NCBI GenBank assembly: GCA_963776275.1
Contig: CAVZMI010000018.1
Location: 166,257-230,256, forward strand
Length of the DNA: 64,000 nucleotides
Source of the DNA: Ignavibacteriota bacterium
Lineage (GTDB): Bacteria > Bacteroidota > Ignavibacteria > UBA10030 > CAVZMI01
Direction: 5' to 3'
Positions 32,408 to 40,955 of the stretch are shown here, piece by piece; positions within the stretch are counted from its first letter, which is position 1; the number at the start of each line of letters is the position of its first letter. Made by a program: the position numbers and the translations under genes. The notes beneath the pieces are model-generated. The model was not told the DNA's origin and ran no database searches. It saw only the letters and a list, made by a program, of their open reading frames with translations.

Positions 32408-32917
32408 GCCGCTGTTTTGCGTGTGGCCACCTGAGATTTCTGGTGAAACTGATAATAAGGCAATATAAATCCCGACAAAAATCGCAATTACAAAATAGAT
32501 TAACCACTCGACCCTAAATAATCTACTACCCCATCTCATTCGAGGGACGTTCACGCGATCGTTAGGATCGATCGTTGGAGTTTCTCCTCTTGAGAATCGT
32601 TCGCCCTCAGTCACAATATTAGCGACAGGTGAGAAGTGAGTTCTCTCCAAGAAGCGAGCCCAAGCGAACCAATAAATGTAATAATCCGATTGCCTCATTT
32701 GCACCAAAATCCAACAAAGACATAGTAACAAGCCCGCTACTGCTAAAACGTTTTTGAGAATTGCATAGTTGGGATAGAACTTGATGATTGCTCCAACGAG
32801 AACAATCAGGACTGAATTTGCTGTAAGTAAGCCCTGGAAGGACCTCCAAATAATTTGTCCCTCGTAGGCGATCAGTTGGATTGTCATTTGGTAGCCAACT
32901 TTAGCTCGTTCATCCAT
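32402..32917 (-). CDS. Small multi-TM membrane protein (RipA-like architecture)
   Basis: IWRSFQGLLTANSVL, two TM helices, loop, C-terminal TM; family assignment tentative. Confidence 0.55.
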   Translation of the reverse strand: MDERAKVGYQMTIQLIAYEGQIIWRSFQGLLTANSVLIVLVGAIIKFYPNYAILKNVLAVAGLLLCLCWILVQMRQSDYYIYWFAWARFLERTHFSPVANIVTEGERFSRGETPTIDPNDRVNVPRMRWGSRLFRVEWLIYFVIAIFVGIYIALLSVSPEISGGHTQNSGS

Positions 32918-32983
32918 AGCGTAATCTCCTTAGTAGAATGTTAGAAACTCCGTACTCTTATACCGTCGCAGCAAAACAGTGGC

Positions 32984-33179
32984 AGCTGCTATGTATAAAG
33001 TCAAGAGCCAATCGTTTCAGTAGTAGAGTGTAAAAATCCAAACTCCCGCGTGATCCTGAACTTGTCGAACCACTTGTAGTGAGCGAGTCCAGATTTTATC
33101 TGGACGAGTCGAACTATCACTCTCTACGCTTTCTTTTCTTTCTTCCTACCTTTTCCTTTCAATATAGGTTCTGCTAGGC
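32984..33179 (-). other. attC-like site with non-canonical cores
   Basis: Minus strand GCCTAGC-agaacctatattgaaag ... ttggctcttgactttatacat-AGCAGCT. Confidence 0.6.
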
Positions 33180-33188
33180 GGCAATCGC

Positions 33189-34457
33189 TCAGTCTGGTTT
33201 TGGTAACTTTTTAGTTGAATTTTCAAGGATCTTGATTTCTTGGTTCAACGAATCGCTTGCGATGCCTTCGATTCGACCTGCAAAGTTGAGGACGCTCTGT
33301 TTTGCTTTGAAAATGTGCGCTTCTCTCTCCGCGAATTTGCGAAGAGCATCTTCACGTTCTTTCTCTAATGATTTGTCCATACTCCTGAATGCTTCGAGAA
33401 TACCAAGTATGTGGTTCTTGAAATCATTGCTAACCAAATAGCTGTAAAGCATTTCCATCTTGCTGCCCTTGTCTGCCTGCGAAGAGAGAGCGGAGTACTG
33501 TTTGATTAGCCCGTCTCGTAAAAGAGCTGAAATAATCTTGACATCATTGAACGTGCAAACCCAGACGCCATCTCTGAAGTGAGTTTCTGGATTATCAATG
33601 GGCATTGTCTTCGTTACGATGATACAAATATCGGCTTTGGTCGTCCTGCCATCATCTTTGAGCTTTGGTATCCATTTGTCATCAAATCTTTGCGTCTGCT
33701 TCCGTTCGTAAAGAATTGTTCCACTGTGTTGACCCAAATTGTTGCGTACTAACTGGATAACGTCAGCACCGATTATTCCAGATGGCACGTCTTTGATTTC
33801 ATCAATTGGATATGCCGTTTTCAAAAAATCTCTGAGTTCAATTTCTTTAACTTCACCAGAAAGTTTGTTAGAGCCTTGTTCCAGCTTTGTTTGGGCGTCT
33901 TCCAAACGCTTGTTAAGATCTTCTATGAGCTTATCTCTTTTCTGGAGTTCGGTTTGGACTTTCTCTTTTTCTGTTGATTTGATCTTCTCACGCTCTTGAA
34001 CTAGTTGCTCGCTGAATTTTCGTTCCGCCTCTGCCTCAATTTGTTCTTTCAGTTCTGCCTTTTCTCTCTGGAGTCGGGCTACGTCAGCTTTTGCCTTGTT
34101 CAGATCTTTGAGTTGGTCCGATTTCTGTTTGAGCTCTGTTTCAAGCGCTTTGACCTGTTCTGATTTTTCGTCTTCGATTTGGGCTCGCAGTTTCTTTTCC
34201 AGCTGAGTCTTCACGGATTTGAGTTTCTGTTGAACAGCGGAATCTATTTGATGCTGTAGGGATTCTTTCTGTTTCGCAAGAGTGGCTTTCTCATCTTCAA
34301 TCTCTTTCAACTTTCTGTCAAACTCTCGCTGACGTCTAACATTTTTATTCTCATAGTCTCTTTGAAGTTCCTCTTCAACTTGATTATAGAGAATATCGCT
34401 TACGTTGATTTCAACCCCACACTTGGGGCAATTGATTACGTTCTGATCTTTAGGCAT
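33189..34457 (-). CDS. DUF2130 family coiled-coil protein with nuclease-like C-terminus
   Basis: INCPKCG, long coiled coil, GEVKEIEL, GADVIQ, ILYERK, WIPKLKDD. Confidence 0.85.
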   Translation of the reverse strand: MPKDQNVINCPKCGVEINVSDILYNQVEEELQRDYENKNVRRQREFDRKLKEIEDEKATLAKQKESLQHQIDSAVQQKLKSVKTQLEKKLRAQIEDEKSEQVKALETELKQKSDQLKDLNKAKADVARLQREKAELKEQIEAEAERKFSEQLVQEREKIKSTEKEKVQTELQKRDKLIEDLNKRLEDAQTKLEQGSNKLSGEVKEIELRDFLKTAYPIDEIKDVPSGIIGADVIQLVRNNLGQHSGTILYERKQTQRFDDKWIPKLKDDGRTTKADICIIVTKTMPIDNPETHFRDGVWVCTFNDVKIISALLRDGLIKQYSALSSQADKGSKMEMLYSYLVSNDFKNHILGILEAFRSMDKSLEKEREDALRKFAEREAHIFKAKQSVLNFAGRIEGIASDSLNQEIKILENSTKKLPKPD

Positions 34458-34478
34458 ATATGTCTCCTGAGCGATTGC

Positions 34479-34684
34479 AGCTAACATCCCGTGTCCCCAC
34501 GCTGCCCCGATCCGGTAACTTGCGAATGACTCATTTAATACTCGACCCGGAGCAGGGTAGAGGGAGTATTATTTATTAATTTTCTTCGCTTTAATTTCGT
34601 TCTAGCACATGTGCGACCAGCCAATCCCGATGCTTGTCCCGATGACAATCGGGGACAGTGGGGTCGTGGGCACGCCTGTTGTAT
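34479..34684 (-). other. attC-like site
   Basis: Minus strand ATACAAC-aggcgtgcccacg..ctgtccccga / tcggggcagcgtggggacacgggat-GTTAGCT; the arms pair. Confidence 0.78.
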
Positions 34685-34719
34685 GCCGCCAACCATTTCA
34701 CCGTAGTTGCTTCAAGAGT

Positions 34720-35268
34720 TCAGGAACCTTGTTCGTCAATAAATGGTGGCTTACATTTGGACGTGCACTTCCTGCCTCTTGTGACTACAATTTCGGAAAG
34801 ATCGTTGAAACTGATATAAAAGAACCGATCATGTTTTTGCCCGTCCTTTGTTCGAATGGAATCCAAGAATCGCTCCATCTCAACGTCTGAGAAGGCCAAC
34901 ACGAGACTCTCCCAAAAATCTGTTCGATGTTTAATGTTTTTCTTTACATTGTAAACCTGATACAACCCAAATAGAATATAGACATCCGCCATTCCACGTT
35001 TGAAGCGGTCGTGAAAGTTGTTAAACCAAAACGTGTATTTGAATGTAGCATCTTGTGTGTTTGATGAAGATGGAACATAAGATCTTGAACCTTTGACTTG
35101 GAATTGGAGGATTTTCTTGTTTGTGGTATTCAGCACGATAAAGTCAATACCTTTTTGTTGCCGACTTGTTGGTATACAGACCGCAAAGCCGTCGTTCTTT
35201 TTGAAGTACCGTTGTATCTGAACTATGGTTTCGTACTCAGAATAGGGTAGTGATATTATCGGTTCCAT
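34720..35268 (-). CDS. Putative PD-(D/E)XK-fold endonuclease
   Basis: QKGIDFIV...QFQVKGSR motif; C-terminus possibly frameshifted. Confidence 0.6.
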   Translation of the reverse strand: MEPIISLPYSEYETIVQIQRYFKKNDGFAVCIPTSRQQKGIDFIVLNTTNKKILQFQVKGSRSYVPSSSNTQDATFKYTFWFNNFHDRFKRGMADVYILFGLYQVYNVKKNIKHRTDFWESLVLAFSDVEMERFLDSIRTKDGQKHDRFFYISFNDLSEIVVTRGRKCTSKCKPPFIDEQGS

Positions 35269-35295
35269 AAGTTATTATCAATTGTGGCTGGTGAC

Positions 35296-35409
35296 ACATA
35301 ACGTCCCGCTGTAAAAATGCCGTCCCCTTATCCCGCACTTTCAGTGCGGGATGAGCAACGGGATGTTCGTCCGATTTACATTTCGCCAACATTATTATGC
35401 GTGTTAGGC
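35296..35409 (-). other. attC-like site
   Basis: Minus strand GCCTAAC ... atcccgcactgaaagtgcgggat hairpin ... GTTATGT. Confidence 0.78.
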
Positions 35410-35426
35410 ATGGGTATGCGATAATA

Positions 35427-35918
35427 CTAACTACCTGGTACCTTCCAAACATCTAAACCGTTCTGTGAAACTACCAATACATCATCATTTGTGGTATTTA
35501 ATTGGCCGTGTACCCGAAGACTCTTTCTTCTTTGATATAGTACAGTTATATTTTGCGCAGATTGTGCTTTCAAATCAATGCACTTGGCAATATCAGTCGG
35601 TTCGAGAAAACAAACAGCAATCGGACTTTTATTCACGCAAACCAAAGCGAAATAAACTGGTTTAGATTTATTTAATTTAGCAATCTCTCTTATTTCGTCC
35701 TCAGAGAACACAAAAACCCAACTTAGGCCCCTTGTTCTTTTCGTTTTTCGCCCTTTCGTACGATATTTTATATAGAGAGTTGCTGCGTCGTTGATTCTAT
35801 AAGCAGCCCATGCTTCGTCTTTATTGGTTTCAATCATTCGTAGTGAAACAGGGTGATCACTTCTGACCATTTTAGTAAGGACAATTCCATGGTACATTTC
35901 GAAATCTTTTATCGACAT
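35427..35918 (-). CDS. Hypothetical protein, possible degenerate nuclease fold
   Basis: GGAGG RBS; FEMYHG, LYIKY, WVFVF, FALVC; AT-rich. Confidence 0.6.
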   Translation of the reverse strand: MSIKDFEMYHGIVLTKMVRSDHPVSLRMIETNKDEAWAAYRINDAATLYIKYRTKGRKTKRTRGLSWVFVFSEDEIREIAKLNKSKPVYFALVCVNKSPIAVCFLEPTDIAKCIDLKAQSAQNITVLYQRRKSLRVHGQLNTTNDDVLVVSQNGLDVWKVPGS

Positions 35919-36122
35919 ATTTGCCTCCAAATGTTGGTTAATTAAGATAACTCTCTATCGAGCTCTATTACATAATTAGCAATTTTACGACGTGCAGTTA
36001 TAAGCTACAAATAGACCAATTCATCTGCTAAGCAACCGCACGAAGCGAACTCAATAATATTTCTTTCAATCAAGTCAGAGTCGTAAACACGCCTCTTAGC
36101 TGAATTTGTTTTGCGGCGTTCA

Positions 36123-37481
36123 TCATTGAGAATCCATGACATCGGGCCATATTAGACGGATGAGTTGTTCTAAGTTTGCAACACTTTGCACTGCAACCTT
36201 AATTCCTTTTTTAATCAGAAGGTTAGAAACCTCATTGCCGTTCGCTTCAGCAATATATAACTGGCTAATGCAATGAGCTAGAGGTGACTGATCGCTAGGT
36301 GTTAGAACTTCTGAAAGCAGGTTGCATTGGCTTGTAGAAATTGGTCGAATATTTTGGAAAAGATCAAGCTCCCCAATAAATAGAGATCCCGGTTTGATCT
36401 CTCTTTGGAAGTATGAAGAAAGCATGCTCATTGATAGAGGTAGATCTAGGGTCATAGAATATGGACGTCCACCGGGAAGAGCGCAGTTGATTTCGAATGT
36501 CAAATCGGAGATATCGATATCATGCGTACTGCTTACAATACCTACAAGTTGGCTAAGCTTTTGTTTAGGCAAATACGGTGCTTTGATCCCTGCTCGATCA
36601 CCGTATTTGGGTAGCTTGACCAATGCCTGAACTTCGATTAGATCACCTGGTGCACCGATAAGGAATCCAAATGCCTGACTTGCTTTGGCTTTGACATGCT
36701 TAGATTTTTCAAGACAACCGTCGTTTGTCATAATAAGCGTGAGAGGTTCGTGCCTCTCCGCTCCGAACCGATTCTTTGGAACGAAGAGCGGGCGCAGCCG
36801 CATCGCTTTGCGAAGATAGATCACACAATCAACGTTGTGCTCGAGGCTTCGAGGGCCAGCGATTGCCCCTCCCTTTGTGATGTGACCGATTAGAATTACA
36901 GTGATTCCATGTTCTTTTGCCCAGCGGTTGAACTCAAAGAGCCTTTGATACGGTTTCGATGATGTTGGTGCGGTTCCCAAACCTTGTAGTGAGTCGACTA
37001 TAATTAGCTTGACATCCTGATATGTACCCGTTGCCCCTAAGACCTGTCGAGCCAAAAAGTCAGGGAGTGCATCCATACCGCTCACACTAGCATCAATTAT
37101 TAGGTTGTCTTCAGCTCGTTGTTCAGTGCCTTCAGCATCCAGAATCTTTTCAGCTTTCTTGAGACCATCCGAGAGGGAGAGTGTTTCCACGCTGTTGAGT
37201 TTTTCTCCACGACGATGATTGAAGATCTGATCCACCACCTTCTGCTTTATATCAGAGGGTGATTGTTCGAGTGCGAGATAAAGTACCTTACGTCCGTAAC
37301 TTGCAAGATCGACAGCGATTTGGAGTGCAAGTGTTGTTTTGCCACCACCAGGTGGTCCGCTCAACAGATAGATGCCACCAAGTGCGAGACCAGTATGGTT
37401 GGTCGCTTCAGCAAACCAGGGAATAGCACGCATCTTCATGTACTCGTGTCGTTCTGATTTAATCTCATTGAGTTTTGGCAT
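36123..37481 (-). CDS. RadA/Sms-like ATPase lacking the N-terminal zinc finger
   Basis: GPPGGGKTT, IVDSLQ, GHITKGGAIAGPRSLEHNVD, KNRFG, IEVQALV, Lon-like C-terminus. Confidence 0.85.
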   Translation of the reverse strand: MPKLNEIKSERHEYMKMRAIPWFAEATNHTGLALGGIYLLSGPPGGGKTTLALQIAVDLASYGRKVLYLALEQSPSDIKQKVVDQIFNHRRGEKLNSVETLSLSDGLKKAEKILDAEGTEQRAEDNLIIDASVSGMDALPDFLARQVLGATGTYQDVKLIIVDSLQGLGTAPTSSKPYQRLFEFNRWAKEHGITVILIGHITKGGAIAGPRSLEHNVDCVIYLRKAMRLRPLFVPKNRFGAERHEPLTLIMTNDGCLEKSKHVKAKASQAFGFLIGAPGDLIEVQALVKLPKYGDRAGIKAPYLPKQKLSQLVGIVSSTHDIDISDLTFEINCALPGGRPYSMTLDLPLSMSMLSSYFQREIKPGSLFIGELDLFQNIRPISTSQCNLLSEVLTPSDQSPLAHCISQLYIAEANGNEVSNLLIKKGIKVAVQSVANLEQLIRLIWPDVMDSQ

Positions 37482-37774
37482 ATCTTTATACCTCTTTCTT
37501 AGAATAGGATCGAATAGACATTATTAATTGAGACTGCGTGCCCACATATATTTATAATCTGATAAAAGAAATGCAGCGTCCCCCACTCAAGCCTGGTATA
37601 GGACTGCCTGCTGGTAAAAGCTTGATTTAAACGATTGAGTCTGCTGCTAATTATTTATTCTTTTAAAATGGGAATATGCTCTAAAAATCTATATCTCTAA
37701 TTTGCTTTTTTACATAAAAGCGAGCACAATAATTTTCATATTTATCATATGAGCGAATATCGTAATGCTCGCTA

Positions 37775-38623
37775 TTATATGGTGTGCCCCGTTGTAATTC
37801 TTGAAACTATAACATTATCAGTAGCCATCTTGAGATTCGTGGCAAGTCGAGACAGATTCATTTCACCTCGTTTCAGGGCTTCGAAGTCTTTCTTGTGGCG
37901 AATAGTATGTTTCACACGGTTGTTGAATTCACGGATGTCTTTGATGTCTGCTTGTGATAAACCGCTTACCGCCGATGCGGCGTTATCGAACAGTGTTCCC
38001 TTCTTATCAGCAGACAGATTGACTAACTTCTCAAGAGATGTGAACAGAGCTTTGTAGCACGCAAGTGGTTCGCCTGCAAGAAGAGCTTCTTGATATCTCT
38101 TCAGTCCATCGAGGATATTTAATTCGTTGACGGGTCGTCCAGTGAAATCGAACGGGCGAACTCTAAGAAGATGTTTGATGATGTCTAAAAGCTTCGCGGC
38201 ATCGATTTCGACTCTGATGCTAATCAAAATGCTGATTGATTCGGTCAGTCGAATAGTTTCGGTGATTACAATATTCTTACCAGTCGGCGTCTCAGTTACC
38301 TCCGCCTTTGATGGTATTTCACCCAAATGAAGATTGGGGATAAGCCGTTGAGGCTGTGATGGCGAAAAAAGAATGCGGGGAGTGATAATTGAACAGGCAA
38401 CTGCAAAGATGAAAGATGCCTGTTCTGCATCGAGCGGTGGACAACCCACATCGATTGCATCGGCAATTACGAAACGATGGATGGAACGGGGAGAGCCGGC
38501 CAAATCCTCGACGGTCAACCAATAAGAATTGTTGAGCAAAGAAGTCTCCATTTCGGTCCGGCTGTTTGTCGTAGAGTAATTGTCAACAAGAGCAGCTGTT
38601 AGTTCAATAGTTAATGAATTCAT
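37775..38623 (-). CDS. Hypothetical protein with HEPN/MauJ-like C-terminus
   Basis: YKALFTSLE...FNNRVKH helical C-terminus; assignment tentative. Confidence 0.45.
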   Translation of the reverse strand: MNSLTIELTAALVDNYSTTNSRTEMETSLLNNSYWLTVEDLAGSPRSIHRFVIADAIDVGCPPLDAEQASFIFAVACSIITPRILFSPSQPQRLIPNLHLGEIPSKAEVTETPTGKNIVITETIRLTESISILISIRVEIDAAKLLDIIKHLLRVRPFDFTGRPVNELNILDGLKRYQEALLAGEPLACYKALFTSLEKLVNLSADKKGTLFDNAASAVSGLSQADIKDIREFNNRVKHTIRHKKDFEALKRGEMNLSRLATNLKMATDNVIVSRITTGHTI

Positions 38624-38653
38624 TGTTCGATCTCCCTCAGGGGCATGGAAAGA

Positions 38654-38704
38654 CCACAACTATTTATATCAACAAAGGGAGCTTCGTTTTTGGGCGTGTT
38701 AGGC
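38654..38704 (-). other. Short attC-like site
   Basis: Minus strand GCCTAAC (38704-38698) ... GTTGTGG (38660-38654). Confidence 0.55.
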
Positions 38705-38718
38705 GCAGCATTCTGGCA

Positions 38719-39867
38719 TCAATTTCTTTCCGTAATAGTTTCCTCGGGAAAAGGCTTTGTCTTCATATCATTGATCGCCTCTAGCAGTCGAATTGTTGCA
38801 TCGCCTCCCAAAGTATCACCGTCGTAACGAACTTCGAAAAGGCCTTGAAGGTTAGATGGAAGTGTAATGCCACTTTCCACCAACAAAATGAACCGCCGTC
38901 CGAATAATGCCATCGCTGCACCAATTTCTATGAGAACATTTGGGTTAAGAACAATGTGCTCCTTTGTATCATTGTCAAATAGTTTCTGTTCAGCATCCAC
39001 ATGGATGATTGCGGCCCCACAACTCCGCATGTCATTCATAACCTTGTCAGGAACTGGCTGAGAAACTGATTGACGCTCAACTGCCACTACTGGTTCGAGT
39101 TCACCGAACTGGAGAAGCTTCTTTATCGGTTCGACGAACGACTTGTCTTTACCATGAGTTATAAAAACACGTCGTCGCCGATACTCATCAATTCCCGTCG
39201 GAGTTTCGACTTTGAGTTGCGGGACTGGTGGCTTTTCAACAAGCTGCTCTTGAGAATCTTCCTGTGAAGATGTTTCAATGGACTCGTTAGCCTCTTCAGA
39301 AAGAGATTGAACGACTGCGCCTTTCAGGTCGACATACTTTCTCCCCTTGATATCCGATATGAGCCCAAGTTCTTCGGCTGATTCAGTTATCAGTTGAAAT
39401 ACGTCTTTTGTTCTATCAGAAGGGACACCCATGTCACTTAAAACATTGTGAGCGATATCTTCTCGTGGGATCGGGGCACCATCATATTGGTGTAGTAATT
39501 GTCCGATAACCTTCGGTGTAAGTAATGCTTCTCGCTTGGCCGTCAAATCATCATTCTCTTTGAGGGGGCGAAGGATTCTAATTGCGAGCGGCTGTAGCTT
39601 TATTTCGGCGGCATTATATCCACCATCCGTCAACCCGTACGCAATGGAAGCTCCGCACAACATCTTGAAGGGTCCAGAAGTTGGCAGCATTTCCAGTGCC
39701 TGAGCTAATTGGATCGGGGTGACTGGTTTCCCGCCATAGTTTTCGTAGATGGCCTTGGGAACTCGAAGAGCCTCTTCAAGACCATAGCTTGGTACATCCG
39801 CTTGGCTCATGTATTGCCGCTTCTTTTGTACGGGCGGCGGTGAAGCTTTCTTTTTTTGTTTTGCCAT
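38719..39867 (-). CDS. TIR-like nucleotide-binding domain protein (CAP12/Pycsar TIR type) with N-terminal winged-helix-like region
   Basis: RVFITHG, NPNVLIEIG, LPSNLQGL. Confidence 0.85.
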   Translation of the reverse strand: MAKQKKKASPPPVQKKRQYMSQADVPSYGLEEALRVPKAIYENYGGKPVTPIQLAQALEMLPTSGPFKMLCGASIAYGLTDGGYNAAEIKLQPLAIRILRPLKENDDLTAKREALLTPKVIGQLLHQYDGAPIPREDIAHNVLSDMGVPSDRTKDVFQLITESAEELGLISDIKGRKYVDLKGAVVQSLSEEANESIETSSQEDSQEQLVEKPPVPQLKVETPTGIDEYRRRRVFITHGKDKSFVEPIKKLLQFGELEPVVAVERQSVSQPVPDKVMNDMRSCGAAIIHVDAEQKLFDNDTKEHIVLNPNVLIEIGAAMALFGRRFILLVESGITLPSNLQGLFEVRYDGDTLGGDATIRLLEAINDMKTKPFPEETITERN

Positions 39868-39958
39868 TAAGTATCTCCTCTAGAATTTCAGTGTGCTAAA
39901 ATGTTGCGCTTATATAATGCTCATTTCTCTTAACTCTTAGGGCACCTTTTACAAAGTG

Positions 39959-40501
39959 TTATGTGGCGTGCCGTATGTGTATTCTCTTTGTTTGATTGCC
40001 GGTCTTTTTTTTCTTCTTCAACAAACGAATCCTTCGGTGACGAAAGGGATCGGACTGAAGAGGAGCTAAGGAGATATTGTAAGTCGATGCTTTCTTGTAG
40101 ATTGAATCCATAGTTCTTCCGAGCTTTAGGCCAATGACGCGCGTTGGGGTGTTTTGTCGAGCCAATGCTTGGAGTCGTTTTACCTCAAACACGTCCCATT
40201 TTTTCCCTGAGTTCTCCGGTACCACGACGAAATCGAATCGTACATTGCGATTCTCATCCGCATATGTAGCTAACTTCCCAAGTCTCTCGCCAAGTTCCAC
40301 TACCTCATTTGTGCGTTTTACCTCGACCACAATTGTGCGGTCGCCTCTTCTCGCAACGATATCAGGCACTATTCCTCTTATTGGATTCGGTGAAACAAAA
40401 CGGCCCGATGAACTTCGTACTGAGTACCCACTGGCTTTAAGTTTACGTGCAAGAGTCGAAATCTTGCGTGAGGTTTTTCCAGAAAGTGGCTTCTTACTCA
40501 T
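39959..40501 (-). CDS. Restriction-endonuclease-like domain fused to an HTH-like domain
   Basis: VPDIVARRG..IVVEVK; C-terminal GKKW...NTPTRVIGLKLGRT. Confidence 0.7.
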   Translation of the reverse strand: MSKKPLSGKTSRKISTLARKLKASGYSVRSSSGRFVSPNPIRGIVPDIVARRGDRTIVVEVKRTNEVVELGERLGKLATYADENRNVRFDFVVVPENSGKKWDVFEVKRLQALARQNTPTRVIGLKLGRTMDSIYKKASTYNISLAPLQSDPFRHRRIRLLKKKKKTGNQTKRIHIRHAT

Positions 40502-40896
40502 ATAAATGTAATTCCTCTCCCAACTCTCTCAATGGTAATTGCAATGAACTCTTTTCCCTTCACAATGGCATCAATGATCTTCCTGTTAACTCCGACTATC
40601 TCATAAGGACCACGAATGTTCTTTTGCTCAGCATGTCGTTGGACGATTTGACTGTCATTGTCGTAGGCAATGCCTTGCAAAGCATCACATACAGGCTTAG
40701 AGATATTGTCGGTGTCCCGTTGTCTTGAACCGTCTTGAAAGAACTGAACCTTCACTCTCAGGTCTTTGAATTTCCAAAGCGTGCGGCAGCACTGCCTTGC
40801 GTGCTTCTTGACTTTCCTCCTCCAGGCGGCTTTTTTAGCGCTGGATGCATTCACTGAAACGGGAGTTCCCTGAACTATGATGGTTCGTTTATTCAT
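40498..40896 (-). CDS. RusA family endonuclease
   Basis: VQGTPVS, RDTDNISKPVCDALQGIAYDNDSQI; ATGA overlap with the downstream gene. Confidence 0.85.
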   Translation of the reverse strand: MNKRTIIVQGTPVSVNASSAKKAAWRRKVKKHARQCCRTLWKFKDLRVKVQFFQDGSRQRDTDNISKPVCDALQGIAYDNDSQIVQRHAEQKNIRGPYEIVGVNRKIIDAIVKGKEFIAITIERVGRGITFI

Positions 40897-40924
40897 TCAA
40901 GCCTTTAGGTTGTTTCCAATGGTT

Positions 40925-40955
40925 CGGCATGCCACATAACTCGCGCATTAACGAC
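40925..40955 (-). other. First recombination core of the array (attI-like candidate)
   Basis: Minus strand GTTAATG-cgcga-GTTATGT; no obvious partner RYYYAAC arm upstream. Confidence 0.45.

Noticed and set aside
21242-39867. Pycsar/CBASS system made of the cyclase and TIR genes
   Set aside because: They are about 15 kb apart in separate units; the cyclase is a TM receptor type and the TIR has no visible cNMP-binding domain
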